The position numbers and the translations under genes were made by a program. DNA of 64,000 nt. Origin: Polyangiaceae bacterium (GTDB lineage: Bacteria; Myxococcota_A; Polyangia; Polyangiales; Polyangiaceae). The stretch covers positions 96,001 to 160,000 of the forward strand of contig JBILLK010000023.1 in assembly GCA_044376115.1 (NCBI GenBank). The letters run 5' to 3'. The notes beneath the pieces are model-generated. The model saw nothing but the letters and a program-made list of their open reading frames with translations, did not search any database and had not been told where the DNA came from. This document shows positions 1 through 10,174 of this stretch, in pieces; within the stretch, counting starts at the first letter, position 1; each line of letters starts with the position of its first letter.

Positions 1-1457
1 ACGACCGCGCGATCCGGGAAATGCTTGCGGAGTTTCTCGACATGGAAGGCTACGCCGTGCGAGCGGCCGAGGACGGTGTAGCCGCCGTCTCGGAACTCGC
101 CCAGAAAGACTTCGATATCATCATCAGCGATTTGAAGATGCCACGAATGGGTGGCATTGCCCTGCTTGAAGAAATTGGTCGGCAGGCGCCCTCGGCGGTG
201 ACGGTGATCATGACCGGTTTTGGCACGGTCGAGACGGCGATCGACGCGATGAAACGCGGAGCCTATGACTACCTGCTCAAGCCGTTCAAGATGGACGAGG
301 TCGTGCGGGTGCTCAAGCGCGGACTCGACAAGCGACGCATGGCAGCGGAGAACCTGCGCCTGCGGGAGGCCGTGTCGCTCTACAAAGTCAGTGAAGCCAT
401 CGCTGCCAGCCTTTCGCTCGAGCAGGTCCTCGAGACGCTCTCCGACAGCTGCATCCAGGAAATCCGCGCGGATCTCGCGTCAACGTGGCTGGATAACGGC
501 GAGGGTGGCTTGAGTGAGCGGTTGCAGGTCCGCGGGCCCAACGTTCAGGCCGAGTTAACGTTGGGAACGCTGAATGAAGGGGCAATCGAGGCTCGGCTAC
601 GCAGTGAAGGTCAGCTGCTCGAGCAAGGCGCCGCAGGCATGCGTTTCTTCGCTGAAGAGCCGCAATCCCCGCTGATCTCGTTCATGGCGGTGCCGCTCAA
701 GATGCAAAAGCGCAGCTCCGGCAAGGAGAGCCTCGGGTTTGTGGCGCTGTCCTCGTTCTCGCCAAACCATCGCTTTGACGAAGGGCAACGCAAAATGCTC
801 AGCATCGTGGCTTCGCGCGCCGCCGCAGCGATTGAGAACGCCAAGCTGTACGAGGACCTACAAGGCACCTTCCAGCAGACGATCGAAGGGCTCGCCAAAG
901 CCATCGACAAGATGGACCAATACACGGCAGGCCACTCCGATCGCGTAGCGACCTATGCGGTGGTGTTGGCCCAATCGATCGGCCTTGGCCCGGAAGAGAT
1001 CGAGATCGTGCGGCAGAGCGCGCTCATGCACGACATCGGCAAGATCGGCTGCGTGCTGAACCTGAACAAGCCCGGCAAGCTCACCGTCGACGAGTACGAG
1101 GCGTTCAAGAAGCACCCGCTCTACGGCAAAGACATCCTCGAGCCGATCAAGTTTTTGCACCCGCTGATTCCGGGGGTGCACCTCCATCATGAACGTTGGG
1201 ACGGCCGCGGCTACCCGCTCGGGCTCGCAGCCAACGACATCCCGATCATCGCGCGCATCATCTCGATCGCCGACACCTACGACGCGATGACCAGCGATCG
1301 CTCCTACCGTCGCGCCTTGCCGCACGCCGTCGCGCTCGCCGAGATCAAGCGCTGCTCCGGCTCACAGTTCGATCCGGATGCTGCGCGCGACTTCTTCGCC
1401 GCGATGGCCGAGTTCCGCGAGGCGGAGGCGGCCTCCGGTAAGAAGGTCCTGGGCTAG
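1..1457 (+). CDS. Response regulator, REC-GAF-HD-GYP (putative cyclic-di-GMP phosphodiesterase); 5' end probably lies before the window
   Basis: Receiver motifs (IISDLKMP, MTGFG, KPF), GAF-like middle (AAAAIENAKLY), HDIGK and HHERWDGRGYP. The frame is open upstream of the ATG at 21 (DRAIRE-M), so the acidic pocket is cut by the window edge. Confidence 0.9.
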   Translation, partial: DRAIREMLAEFLDMEGYAVRAAEDGVAAVSELAQKDFDIIISDLKMPRMGGIALLEEIGRQAPSAVTVIMTGFGTVETAIDAMKRGAYDYLLKPFKMDEVVRVLKRGLDKRRMAAENLRLREAVSLYKVSEAIAASLSLEQVLETLSDSCIQEIRADLASTWLDNGEGGLSERLQVRGPNVQAELTLGTLNEGAIEARLRSEGQLLEQGAAGMRFFAEEPQSPLISFMAVPLKMQKRSSGKESLGFVALSSFSPNHRFDEGQRKMLSIVASRAAAAIENAKLYEDLQGTFQQTIEGLAKAIDKMDQYTAGHSDRVATYAVVLAQSIGLGPEEIEIVRQSALMHDIGKIGCVLNLNKPGKLTVDEYEAFKKHPLYGKDILEPIKFLHPLIPGVHLHHERWDGRGYPLGLAANDIPIIARIISIADTYDAMTSDRSYRRALPHAVALAEIKRCSGSQFDPDAARDFFAAMAEFREAEAASGKKVLG

Positions 1458-1461
1458 CTTC

Positions 1462-2313
1462 GTGGACGCGCCGATCGAAGGGGCCAAAGCGGCGGACGGC
1501 GCAAAGCTAGCCCGTCCAGTTCGCCGGACCGCAGCAGCGTTCTACCTGGGCCGTCGCAAGTACGGTCCCATTCATGAACTGCAAGCGTCGCTGCAAGCGG
1601 CGGTCATTCGCAGCGAGCTCTCCGACGTTGTGCTGCTGCTCGAGCACGAGCCGGTGGTCACCCTCGGACGCAGCGCGAAGCAAGCGAACGTCCTCTTTTC
1701 GCGCGCTTCACTCGAGCAGCGCGGTGTGGACTTGGAGGAGACGGGGCGCGGCGGAGATGTGACGTTTCACGGGCCGGGCCAGCTCGTCGGCTACCCCATC
1801 GTGGATCTGAGGCCCGATCGTTGTGACCTGCGACGCTATGTGGCCCGCCTCGCCGAAGTGATGGTGCTGATCGCGCGAGACCACAACGTCGAGGCTGGCA
1901 CGGTCGACGGGCTCATCGGAGTTTGGGCCGATGCCGAGGAGCCCACCCGCTGGGCCACGGCGCCTTGGGCGGGGCGGCTATCGAAGATCGGGGCGATCGG
2001 AGTGCGCGTCTCGCGCTGGGTGACCATGCACGGCTTTGCGCTCAACCTCGACGTCGATCTGGCGCAGTTTGGGCTGATTGTTCCGTGCGGAATCAGCGCG
2101 CATCCCGTGACTTCGCTGCGTGAACTCGCGGGCCAAACCCCGGGCGTGAGGCAGGTGGCGATGAACCTCGATCGGCACCTTGCCTGGGCGCTCGATCAGC
2201 CCGTTGCCCCCGTGACGGATCTGTCGCAGCTGCCCACCTCCGAGCTCTTTCGAGAGATCGCTTCTGCCGCGCCTGCTGCTTTGAAGAGCGACGCGACTGA
2301 GCTCGTACCATGA
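1462..2313 (+). CDS. lipB: Lipoyl(octanoyl) transferase
   Basis: LLEHEPVVTLGR, RGGDVTFHGPGQLVGYPI, KIGAIG, VTMHGFALN, IVPCGI. GTG at 1462 is just after the upstream stop. Confidence 0.95.
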   Translation: MDAPIEGAKAADGAKLARPVRRTAAAFYLGRRKYGPIHELQASLQAAVIRSELSDVVLLLEHEPVVTLGRSAKQANVLFSRASLEQRGVDLEETGRGGDVTFHGPGQLVGYPIVDLRPDRCDLRRYVARLAEVMVLIARDHNVEAGTVDGLIGVWADAEEPTRWATAPWAGRLSKIGAIGVRVSRWVTMHGFALNLDVDLAQFGLIVPCGISAHPVTSLRELAGQTPGVRQVAMNLDRHLAWALDQPVAPVTDLSQLPTSELFREIASAAPAALKSDATELVP

Positions 2314-2519
2314 GCAAAGGACGGGGGCCGCTGAGCGAGCGCAGTCTCTCGACTTTGTGCCCCCGATGTGGAGGGCAGGCCCGCGAGCGCCGCCAGCCCA
2401 CGGCGAAGAACCCGTTCTTGGCGCCGAAGGACGCGCTGGTTTGCAGCTTGTGCGGCCTCGACTACGAGCCGGGAGCTCCAGCGTGGGTTCCGACTCCACC
2501 CTCCCCCGCCAAAGACTGA
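2310..2519 (+). CDS. Small putative zinc-ribbon protein (69 aa)
   Basis: CPRC...CSLC pair. ATGA overlap with the lipB stop; stop is 5 nt before the next plausible start. Confidence 0.65.
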   Translation: MSKGRGPLSERSLSTLCPRCGGQARERRQPTAKNPFLAPKDALVCSLCGLDYEPGAPAWVPTPPSPAKD

Positions 2520-2524
2520 CGCAC

Positions 2525-4612
2525 GTGAACGTCGAAGCGCGCTCGCTATCCAAAGCTGCTCCAGGATCGCTATGGCGGTCCGCATCGTTCTTTGCGCTGC
2601 TAGGACTTTCGGCGACCGCATTTGCTGCACCGGAGCTCTCGCTGCGCCGAGCAACCGAGCACGCGCGAACATGTTTGGCCGCGGTGGAAGCTCCGCGTGG
2701 GGCCGCGCTGCCGGATTGCTCCCCGATCCTGCGCGAGTTCGATTGGAGCGCGAGCATCAACTACACCGAGCACGACTCCACCTACCGGATCGAAGAGCTC
2801 CGCGGGCGCCTGGCGATGAACCGCTACCTCTCCGCGATGATCGGCAGCCCGAACGCCGATGAACGTGCGGATGCAGCCTTAGACGTGAAGGAGGCGCAGG
2901 AGATGATGGACGCTGGCTCGCGACGCGTGTCGCTCGAACAACTCGGACCGCCGGTGCTCGCGCCGCACATGGGCAAGCTCGCCTCGCTTTACGGGGACCG
3001 ACTCACGCTGATCGACCATTTCGAATACTACGGGCTGTGGCATACGCGGCGGGATGCGCTCGAAGCCGCGCTGCTCGAGGCCGAGTTCGACGAGGTGGAC
3101 CGCATCGCGCATCAGCTCTCCGAGTGGCGTATTCGCGAGGCCGATCTGCGCAGTGCAGCCGGTGCTGCCTTGTGTATCACCGCCCCCTCCGAGGGCTTGG
3201 CGCTGCTCTCGACCATACCGGAAACGCGCGCAGAAAAGCGTTACGCCAACATCCAACGCAACTACGGCGAAGTCTTCGCAGCCGCCAAAGCCTGTGCCGC
3301 CAAAGCGGGTGCGCCGCCACCTGAAAAGCCCGACAGCTACGGAGCCGGCATTCTCGACGCGCAGGCGCAGAACGCGCTCACCGATCTGCGGCTCGCGCAG
3401 GACGAGCCAGCGCACAATCGCGCGCTCGATCATGCCCTGAGCGCACTGAGCGTGAATGAGGCGCTACCGCCCCGCGGCCGAGCCTTTCTGCTCGCCGCCG
3501 TCCTCACGCACGTGAGCACTCCGCCCAGGCGAGAGGACGTTCTCGTGTGGGCCCAACCAGCGAGTGGCGAAGCGGCCTTCGCGCCCGAGGTACTACGCGT
3601 GGGAGCGCTGCTCGCTGAAGGGCCAGCGCTCAACCCTACCCTACCAACCGAATGGCTCGAGTTCGCGTGCGTGCGGCTGGACGCCATCGTGGCAGCCGAG
3701 CAAGCCCTCGAAGAGAAGAAACGTCTGCTGCAGTTGGCGGGCGGAATGCATCTGCACACCGCCGCGGAATATGCCCGAAACGGGGCGGCTGACGCCGCCG
3801 AACGTCATGCCACCCTCGGCGCCGAACGACTAGTGAGCTCGCCCAAGGCCAAAGCGCTGAGCGTCGCGAGCGCGCTCTACGTCGCGGGGGCGGCGAACCG
3901 CGCGCTGGCCGTGCTCGAGACCTCGGCGAAGGAGAACGAGAGCAACCCGCGCATCGAACAGGCCTGGACAACGCTTTACGTGTTGCTACTCCAGCGCAGC
4001 GGCAACCACGAGCGAGCGCAAGCGCTGGCGAAGACGTTGGCCTCGATGACCAGCGAATTGCTCACCGCGCGTTCCGGCCAAGCGTTGCCCACGCTCGATG
4101 AGCTCGACATCGAGGCCGCGTGGACCGCGCTCGCAATCTCCGCCGATAGCCTGGCGCGGTTCGAGCTGCCGGCTCCGCCGACTCCCGTCTGGCAAGGGCT
4201 TGCAGATAGCCAACGGCGTCACCTCGCGCGCGGAGCGCCGTTCATTCGCGCCGAACTAGGCGCGTGGCAACGAGCGCTTGGAGCCGATGACGGCCAGCGG
4301 CGGGCGTTCCGTTACCAATTGATGAGCACACGCGGCGACATGTTGGCGTTGGGCATTCCGCTGATGCTCGCTGGGGGAAAGCTGCTCGCGAACGACGCGG
4401 ATCCGAGCGCGGTCGAGGTCTGGCTCGACGCGCTGACGACGATCGACAGCCGCCGCATTCGGCTTCGTAGTTACGCCTTCATGCGCATGGAGGCCGCCGC
4501 CTTGCGCGGCGACAGGCTGCATGCAGAGCTGTGGGCGGAGCGGCTCTCGGTGTTGCGCAAGGTTGCATCCCAGACCGACGACCTCGAGGTCGCTCGCTTG
4601 TTGCGCCTCTGA
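2525..4612 (+). CDS. Hypothetical exported, Ala/Leu-rich alpha-helical (TPR-like) protein
   Basis: Long ORF with a hydrophobic N-terminal segment (SFFALLGLSATAFA). GTG 2525 chosen to avoid overlap with the zinc-ribbon ORF. Confidence 0.7.
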   Translation: MNVEARSLSKAAPGSLWRSASFFALLGLSATAFAAPELSLRRATEHARTCLAAVEAPRGAALPDCSPILREFDWSASINYTEHDSTYRIEELRGRLAMNRYLSAMIGSPNADERADAALDVKEAQEMMDAGSRRVSLEQLGPPVLAPHMGKLASLYGDRLTLIDHFEYYGLWHTRRDALEAALLEAEFDEVDRIAHQLSEWRIREADLRSAAGAALCITAPSEGLALLSTIPETRAEKRYANIQRNYGEVFAAAKACAAKAGAPPPEKPDSYGAGILDAQAQNALTDLRLAQDEPAHNRALDHALSALSVNEALPPRGRAFLLAAVLTHVSTPPRREDVLVWAQPASGEAAFAPEVLRVGALLAEGPALNPTLPTEWLEFACVRLDAIVAAEQALEEKKRLLQLAGGMHLHTAAEYARNGAADAAERHATLGAERLVSSPKAKALSVASALYVAGAANRALAVLETSAKENESNPRIEQAWTTLYVLLLQRSGNHERAQALAKTLASMTSELLTARSGQALPTLDELDIEAAWTALAISADSLARFELPAPPTPVWQGLADSQRRHLARGAPFIRAELGAWQRALGADDGQRRAFRYQLMSTRGDMLALGIPLMLAGGKLLANDADPSAVEVWLDALTTIDSRRIRLRSYAFMRMEAAALRGDRLHAELWAERLSVLRKVASQTDDLEVARLLRL

Positions 4613-4617
4613 TCAAG

Positions 4618-5730
4618 ATGGCTAAACGATGCACAGCTTGCCTTGCCCTTGCGCTGCTCACGGCCTGCGCGCCGCTGCGACTCGCGGATGAGCGGGTCCA
4701 GCAGCCGTTCGCCGATCTCACGCAAGCTGACGCGGCGCTCGAGCAAACGGTGTTGCGTTTTGGCAACGCCGCCTCACCTCGCGAAGGCACAATCCATGTG
4801 CGCGAGGTGCGGACCCGCGCCTTGCTTGGCAAAACTCGCCCTGTGCTGGTGCTGCTGAATGGCGTCTTCAGTGACGGGAGGACCTGGCGCTTCAACACCG
4901 CGCTCTTGGCAGAGCGCTTCGATCTTTTGGTCGTTGATTTGCCGGGTACCGGACGCAGCGTAGGGACCGAGCCGGACGCCCAACCTGACGACCAATTCAC
5001 CTTGGAGTGGGAAGGAGCCCGAACCTATCGGGCGCTGGCGGCATGGCAAGCGCAGCATCAGGAACGAAGGCCGCTCGTGCTCGTGGGCCACTCTTACTCC
5101 GGCGCCGTCATCCTGCGCATGCTCGGTCGACCATCGCTTCGCGAGCAGTTCGCCCAAGAGCGGGCGCTCATTCGCGGAGCGGTGTTGATCGCCTCCGCGG
5201 ACGTCGGCACGGCTGCCTGGAGCCAGACGCTGGTCGAGCTGGCGAAGCTCTCCGAAGCCGAGGTCGCGCTTGGGGGTGCGCTGGGAGTGCTCGAATCCCG
5301 GGTGATCGCTGGGATTGAGAGCGGCGTTGAACGGCCCGGGGAGTCGGCCCTCCAACAGGAGGCCGAGCGCATGATTGGCGCGCTCACCGACCCGGATCGC
5401 AGACGCTCGAGCCAGCTGATGCTGCGCAGGATCCGCCCGGTGGATGCCGATGATCGTCCCATTGCAGCGCTCACCCGCGAACTCTCGCGCGACCACGAAC
5501 GCGTCGACGTTCCGACGTTGCTGCTCTGGGGTCGCAACGACGACACGCTCACGCTCGCCACCGCTCGCAAGCTCAACGCCGAAATCCCCAACTCGAGGTT
5601 GCAGATCGTCGAGGAAGCGAAGCACTCGGTCCATCAGGAACAGCCGTTTGCGACGGTGGCAGCGATTCGTGAGTTCGTCGATTCGCTCGAAGCCGGGCTG
5701 CCCGATGCGCCCGCGCCGAAGGCGCCGTGA
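4618..5730 (+). CDS. Alpha/beta hydrolase lipoprotein
   Basis: Lipobox LLTAC; DLPGTGRS, nucleophile elbow GHSYSG, WGRNDD, late His (KHSVHQE). Confidence 0.85.
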   Translation: MAKRCTACLALALLTACAPLRLADERVQQPFADLTQADAALEQTVLRFGNAASPREGTIHVREVRTRALLGKTRPVLVLLNGVFSDGRTWRFNTALLAERFDLLVVDLPGTGRSVGTEPDAQPDDQFTLEWEGARTYRALAAWQAQHQERRPLVLVGHSYSGAVILRMLGRPSLREQFAQERALIRGAVLIASADVGTAAWSQTLVELAKLSEAEVALGGALGVLESRVIAGIESGVERPGESALQQEAERMIGALTDPDRRRSSQLMLRRIRPVDADDRPIAALTRELSRDHERVDVPTLLLWGRNDDTLTLATARKLNAEIPNSRLQIVEEAKHSVHQEQPFATVAAIREFVDSLEAGLPDAPAPKAP

Positions 5731-7106
5731 ATAAGCTACCGCGGCGGATCAAGCTCGGCTACGGCGCCGCTGAATTTGGAGTCCTCGCCTGCGAGACGTT
5801 GGCTCGGCTCAACGTGCTCAAGTTCTACACCGACGTCGTCGGTCTGCGCGCCGAATGGGCGGGCGCCGCTGCCGCGGTGGCGATCATTTGGGACGCCTTT
5901 GCGGATCTCGCGATCGGCCTCTTGTCGGACCGCACCAAGTCGAAGCTCGGCCGTCGAAGACCGTTCATGCTGGTGGGCGGCGTTCTCCTCGCCGTCTCGA
6001 TCGTGGTGCTGTTTCGTCCGCCGCTGCTCGATTCGCAGCTCGGTCGAGCGCTCATGCTCCTCTTGAGCTTCATCTTCATGAACACCGCGGTCTCGCTCTT
6101 GAGCGTGCCTCATACGGCGCTCGCGACCGAGCTGACCGACGACAGCAACGAACGCACCGAGCTCTTCGGCTATCGGCTGCTACTCGGCAACTTGGGGTTG
6201 CTCGCGGGCGCCATTCTCCCGGGTTGGGCGCTCGCACGGGCAACGGCAGGCGAGTTCACCGCGCGCGAGGCTTACGGCGTCGCGAGCGCTGCCGTTGGCG
6301 CGATCGTGCTTTCGACGGCGCTGATTAGCTTCGTGGCGACCCGTGGACGCGACATCGCCGCGCCCGATCCATCGCCGCTCGGCTTACGCTCGATGTTCAA
6401 CTCAGCCCGCTCGGTGCTTGCGGACCTCACCTTTCGGCCGCTGCTCTTGGCCTATGTGGTAGCCCAGCTCGGGGTCGCGATCAATGGCACCTTCGCCCTC
6501 TACTATTACGAGTACCGGCTCGAGCTCAGCGCGGAACAAGTGAGCCTGGTGCTCGGGCTGTTCGTGACAGCGTGGAGCCTCTCGATTCCAGCGTGGGTCC
6601 TCGGCTCACGACGCTGGGGCAAGCGCTGGCTCGCCTTTGGCGGCATCAGCCTGCTCGGCCTGGTGACGGCGGTGATCTACTTGGTGGCACCGCCGCGAGC
6701 GCTCTTCTTGCCGCTGACGATCGCGGTCGTCGGGGGTGCGCTGGCCGGATCGATCGTGCTTTTGGAGGCGTTGGTCGCCGACGTGGTGGACGTGGATAGG
6801 CTGCTCCGCCGAGGTCAGCGCGAAGGGCTCTACTTCGGTGTTTGGAAGATGGCCGCCAAGATCGCGCGCGGGCTGGCCGTGGCCGGCTCGGGGTTGTTGC
6901 TCGGGCTGATAGGCTTCGTGCCCAACGTGCCGCAGACACCGGAAGTTGGTGAGCGTCTGGCGTGGCTGTTTGGGCCGGGCGTCGGGGCCTTCTTCATCGT
7001 TGGTGCGTTCATCTTCCTCAGCTCCCCGCTGACCGACGCCAAACAAGCGCGCGTGCAGCGCGCACTCGCGAAGCGTCGCAGGCTCGCCGAGCGATCGCAC
7101 GGCTGA
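5727..7106 (+). CDS. MFS transporter, glycoside-pentoside-hexuronide (MelB-like) family
   Basis: WDAFAD...LSDRTKSKLGRRRPF, ADVVD, REGLYFG; about 12 hydrophobic helices; GTGA overlap with the upstream stop. Confidence 0.9.
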   Translation: MNKLPRRIKLGYGAAEFGVLACETLARLNVLKFYTDVVGLRAEWAGAAAAVAIIWDAFADLAIGLLSDRTKSKLGRRRPFMLVGGVLLAVSIVVLFRPPLLDSQLGRALMLLLSFIFMNTAVSLLSVPHTALATELTDDSNERTELFGYRLLLGNLGLLAGAILPGWALARATAGEFTAREAYGVASAAVGAIVLSTALISFVATRGRDIAAPDPSPLGLRSMFNSARSVLADLTFRPLLLAYVVAQLGVAINGTFALYYYEYRLELSAEQVSLVLGLFVTAWSLSIPAWVLGSRRWGKRWLAFGGISLLGLVTAVIYLVAPPRALFLPLTIAVVGGALAGSIVLLEALVADVVDVDRLLRRGQREGLYFGVWKMAAKIARGLAVAGSGLLLGLIGFVPNVPQTPEVGERLAWLFGPGVGAFFIVGAFIFLSSPLTDAKQARVQRALAKRRRLAERSHG

Positions 7107-7226
7107 GGTCTTTCATTCGCAATTCTGCGAATCGAAGTCTCAGCCATGCACGGGAACCGGGAGCAACGTGCTGCGTAGACAGGCCGGCTCGTGCCCACGT
7201 TCGGGGCACGACGAAAGGACGTCATC

Positions 7227-7703
7227 ATGATCAAAGTCGCGGCTCTCTTCTCCCTCGTTGCTCTCACCGCCTGTGATGCCCAAGCCATGATTGAGGCGGC
7301 CGCAAGCCAGGCGGCAAGTCAAGCTGCTAGCGCGACACCTGCCGGGCAGGATCCACGCGCGGCTGCGGCCGCGCCGGTTGATCCGCTCGACGATAGCGGA
7401 AAAGCATTGGCGATCTGTGACCGCACCAAGACCGAGATCAAGACCTGCGTCGAGTACTACGACCTCGGGCTGGCCGAGGAAGTCGACAAGCAGTCGTGCG
7501 AGTCGGAACCGAACAAAGGCGTTTGGCGCAAAGGCCAAGCGTGTCCCAAGGAGGGCCGCGTGGATGTTTGTCGAACCGACACAACCCGCGCCATCAACTA
7601 CCTGCCCCAGCGCCCCGAAGATGACGCGCTCTGTGAGAGCGTGCGGCTTGGCAAGCTCGCCCGCTATCCAAAGGCGAGCGCTGCGAACGCGAAGAAGAAG
7701 TGA
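7227..7703 (+). CDS. Cys-rich hypothetical lipoprotein
   Basis: RBS AAAGGA, lipobox LTAC, six Cys in the mature domain. Confidence 0.7.
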   Translation: MIKVAALFSLVALTACDAQAMIEAAASQAASQAASATPAGQDPRAAAAAPVDPLDDSGKALAICDRTKTEIKTCVEYYDLGLAEEVDKQSCESEPNKGVWRKGQACPKEGRVDVCRTDTTRAINYLPQRPEDDALCESVRLGKLARYPKASAANAKKK

Positions 7704-7843
7704 CGTAACGACGGTTGCCTTTACGCTCGGCGCAAGATCGATCGCCAACGGCAAATCGGAGGGCGACCTCGACTGCGCCTTGCGCTGCAGCACCTTGAGG
7801 CCCATAGTCCGCTGGCATCAACGGCTGTCGGGCGTGACGGTGG

Positions 7844-10174
7844 ATGCGATCGAAGCCTTCGTTTCCGCGCTCACACGGAGGCTCTATCAATCAATCTATC
7901 GGCGTGCCCATCCGCACGGTCGCCATGCTGGGCAATCATTTGCCGCGTCGCTGCGGAATCGCGACCTTCACGACCGACCTCGCTGAGGCCATCAGCAGCA
8001 GGTTCACGGAAGTGGATTGCTTCGTCCTGGCCATGAATGACCCTGGGAAGACCCACAGCTACCCGCCGCGCGTTCGCTTTGAGGTAGCTGAGAGCGATCT
8101 CACCTCGTATCGCCGCGCAGCCGACTTCCTCAACGTGAACGAGGTGGACGTCGTCTCGGTTCAGCATGAGTTTGGCATCTTCGGTGGGAAGGCCGGTGCG
8201 CACGTGCTCGAGCTCTTGCGCGAACTGCGCATGCCGATCGTGACCACGCTTCACACGATCCTCGCGGAGCCCGCACCTCACCAGCGAGCAGCGATGCAGG
8301 AGCTTGCGACGCTGTCCGACCGTCTGGTGGTGATGAGCTCGCACGGTGCGCAGATCCTCGCGGATGTTTATGGCATCCCAAGCGAGCGGGTCGACCTCGT
8401 ACCGCACGGTATTCCAACGGCGCCCGTGCTCGCCGGCAGCAAGTCGCGGCTCGGGGTCGAGGGCAAATCGCTGATTCTCACCTTCGGCCTGCTCTCACCC
8501 GACAAAGGCATCGAGAACGTGATCGACGCGTTGCCGGCGATCGTGGCGCAGTGTCCCGACGCAATCTACCTCGTACTCGGCGCAACCCACCCCCACGTAC
8601 GCGAGCGCGAGGGCGAGACCTACCGCTTGGCGCTCAAGTCGCGAGCCAAACGCTTGGGTGTGGACGCGCATGTGATCTTCCACGATCGCTTCGTTACACA
8701 GGCTGAGCTCAACGACTTTCTGGCCGCCGCAGACATCTACATCACGCCGTACCTCAAGCCAGAGCAGATCACCTCCGGCACGCTGGCTTACGCCGTCGGC
8801 GCCGGAAAGGCGGTCGTCTCGACGCCCTATTCGTACGCTCGAGAGCTCTTGGCCGACGGCCGCGGAGTGCTCGTTCCTTGGCGCGATCCAGCTGCGATTG
8901 CTCGAGAGATCATCGACTTGCTGCAGGACGACGATAAGCGCAAGCAGCTCTCCCTGCGCGCGAGCTTGTATGGCCAAAGCATGGTCTGGCCAACGGTTGC
9001 GCAGCGTTACTTCGATAGCTTCGAGCGCGCGCGCATCGAGAACGCCGACAAGAAGCGCACCGCCTTCCGCGCGAAGACGCTGGCCATGCGGCCGGTCGAG
9101 CTGCCGGAGAACAACCTCGAACACCTGCGCACGATGACTGACTCGACCGGCATCGTGCAGCACGCCGCCTTCAACGTGCCTCGCAACGAAGATGGCTACT
9201 GCATCGACGACAACGCGCGCGCGCTCTTGTTGATGACCTTGATCGAGGATGCTGGAAGTGAAGACAGGACCTCCGTTCGGCGGCTCTCGTCACGCTATCT
9301 CGCCTTCGTGCGCCATGCGTTCAATGAGGAGGCCGGGCGCTTTCGCAACTTCATGACCTACGGCCGGGCCTGGACCGAAGAGGTCGGCTCGGAAGACTGC
9401 CACGGCCGGGCGATCTGGGCGCTGGGCGCGCTGGTCGGTCGCTCGCGGGATCCGGGCCGGCAGAGCCTGGCGGGCGCACTCTTTCACGCGGCCTTGCCGG
9501 CGCTGCGCAGCTTCAGCTCGCCGCGAGCCTGGGCCTTTGGGCTGCTCGGGATCGACGAGTATCTGAAGGCATTCCACGGCGACACCAACGTTCAAGCGGT
9601 CAGGAACAACCTCGCGTCGCGGCTGCTCGATCTGCTGACCCGCGTTCGAGCGCTCGATTGGGTGTGGTTCGAGGACAGCGTGACCTACGACAACGCACGA
9701 TTGTCGCAGGCGTTGATCACCGCTGGAGCTGGCATGGAGAACGAGGAGATGACGAGCGCTGGGCTCGCTTCGCTCGAATGGTTGACCAACGCCCAACGCA
9801 GCGATGCAGGGCTCTTTTCTCCCATCGGTTCGAATGGGTTTTGGAAGCGCGGTGAGCCGATGCCGCTCTTCGATCAGCAGCCGGTGGAGGCCGGCGCAAC
9901 CGTATCGGCCTGTCTCGAGGCCCGTCGCGTGAGCGGCGATCTCAAATGGCTCGTCCGAGCCCAGCGTGCTTTCAGCTGGTTTCTCGGCCAAAATGTGTTG
10001 CAACAGTCTCTCTATGACGCCTCGAGTGGAGGCTGCAGAGATGGCTTGCACGCAGATCGCGTGAACGAAAATCAGGGCGCCGAGTCCAGCTTGGCGTTCC
10101 AACTCGCATTGCTTGAGATGCGTGAAGTCGATCGAGCTCCAGCCTCCAGCTGGACCAGTGAGGCCAAACGATGA
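7844..10174 (+). CDS. GT4 glycosyltransferase fused to a C-terminal (alpha/alpha) glycosidase-like domain
   Basis: PRRCGIATFT, QHEFGIFGG, FGLLSPDKGIE, QITSGTLAYA; C-domain GYCIDDNARAL, FDQQPVEA, NQGAES. Confidence 0.9.
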   Translation: MRSKPSFPRSHGGSINQSIGVPIRTVAMLGNHLPRRCGIATFTTDLAEAISSRFTEVDCFVLAMNDPGKTHSYPPRVRFEVAESDLTSYRRAADFLNVNEVDVVSVQHEFGIFGGKAGAHVLELLRELRMPIVTTLHTILAEPAPHQRAAMQELATLSDRLVVMSSHGAQILADVYGIPSERVDLVPHGIPTAPVLAGSKSRLGVEGKSLILTFGLLSPDKGIENVIDALPAIVAQCPDAIYLVLGATHPHVREREGETYRLALKSRAKRLGVDAHVIFHDRFVTQAELNDFLAAADIYITPYLKPEQITSGTLAYAVGAGKAVVSTPYSYARELLADGRGVLVPWRDPAAIAREIIDLLQDDDKRKQLSLRASLYGQSMVWPTVAQRYFDSFERARIENADKKRTAFRAKTLAMRPVELPENNLEHLRTMTDSTGIVQHAAFNVPRNEDGYCIDDNARALLLMTLIEDAGSEDRTSVRRLSSRYLAFVRHAFNEEAGRFRNFMTYGRAWTEEVGSEDCHGRAIWALGALVGRSRDPGRQSLAGALFHAALPALRSFSSPRAWAFGLLGIDEYLKAFHGDTNVQAVRNNLASRLLDLLTRVRALDWVWFEDSVTYDNARLSQALITAGAGMENEEMTSAGLASLEWLTNAQRSDAGLFSPIGSNGFWKRGEPMPLFDQQPVEAGATVSACLEARRVSGDLKWLVRAQRAFSWFLGQNVLQQSLYDASSGGCRDGLHADRVNENQGAESSLAFQLALLEMREVDRAPASSWTSEAKR

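Noticed and set aside
2357..2524. N-terminal extension of the 751-aa ORF
   Set aside because: It overlaps the better-supported zinc-ribbon ORF and pushes the signal-like segment too far from the start.
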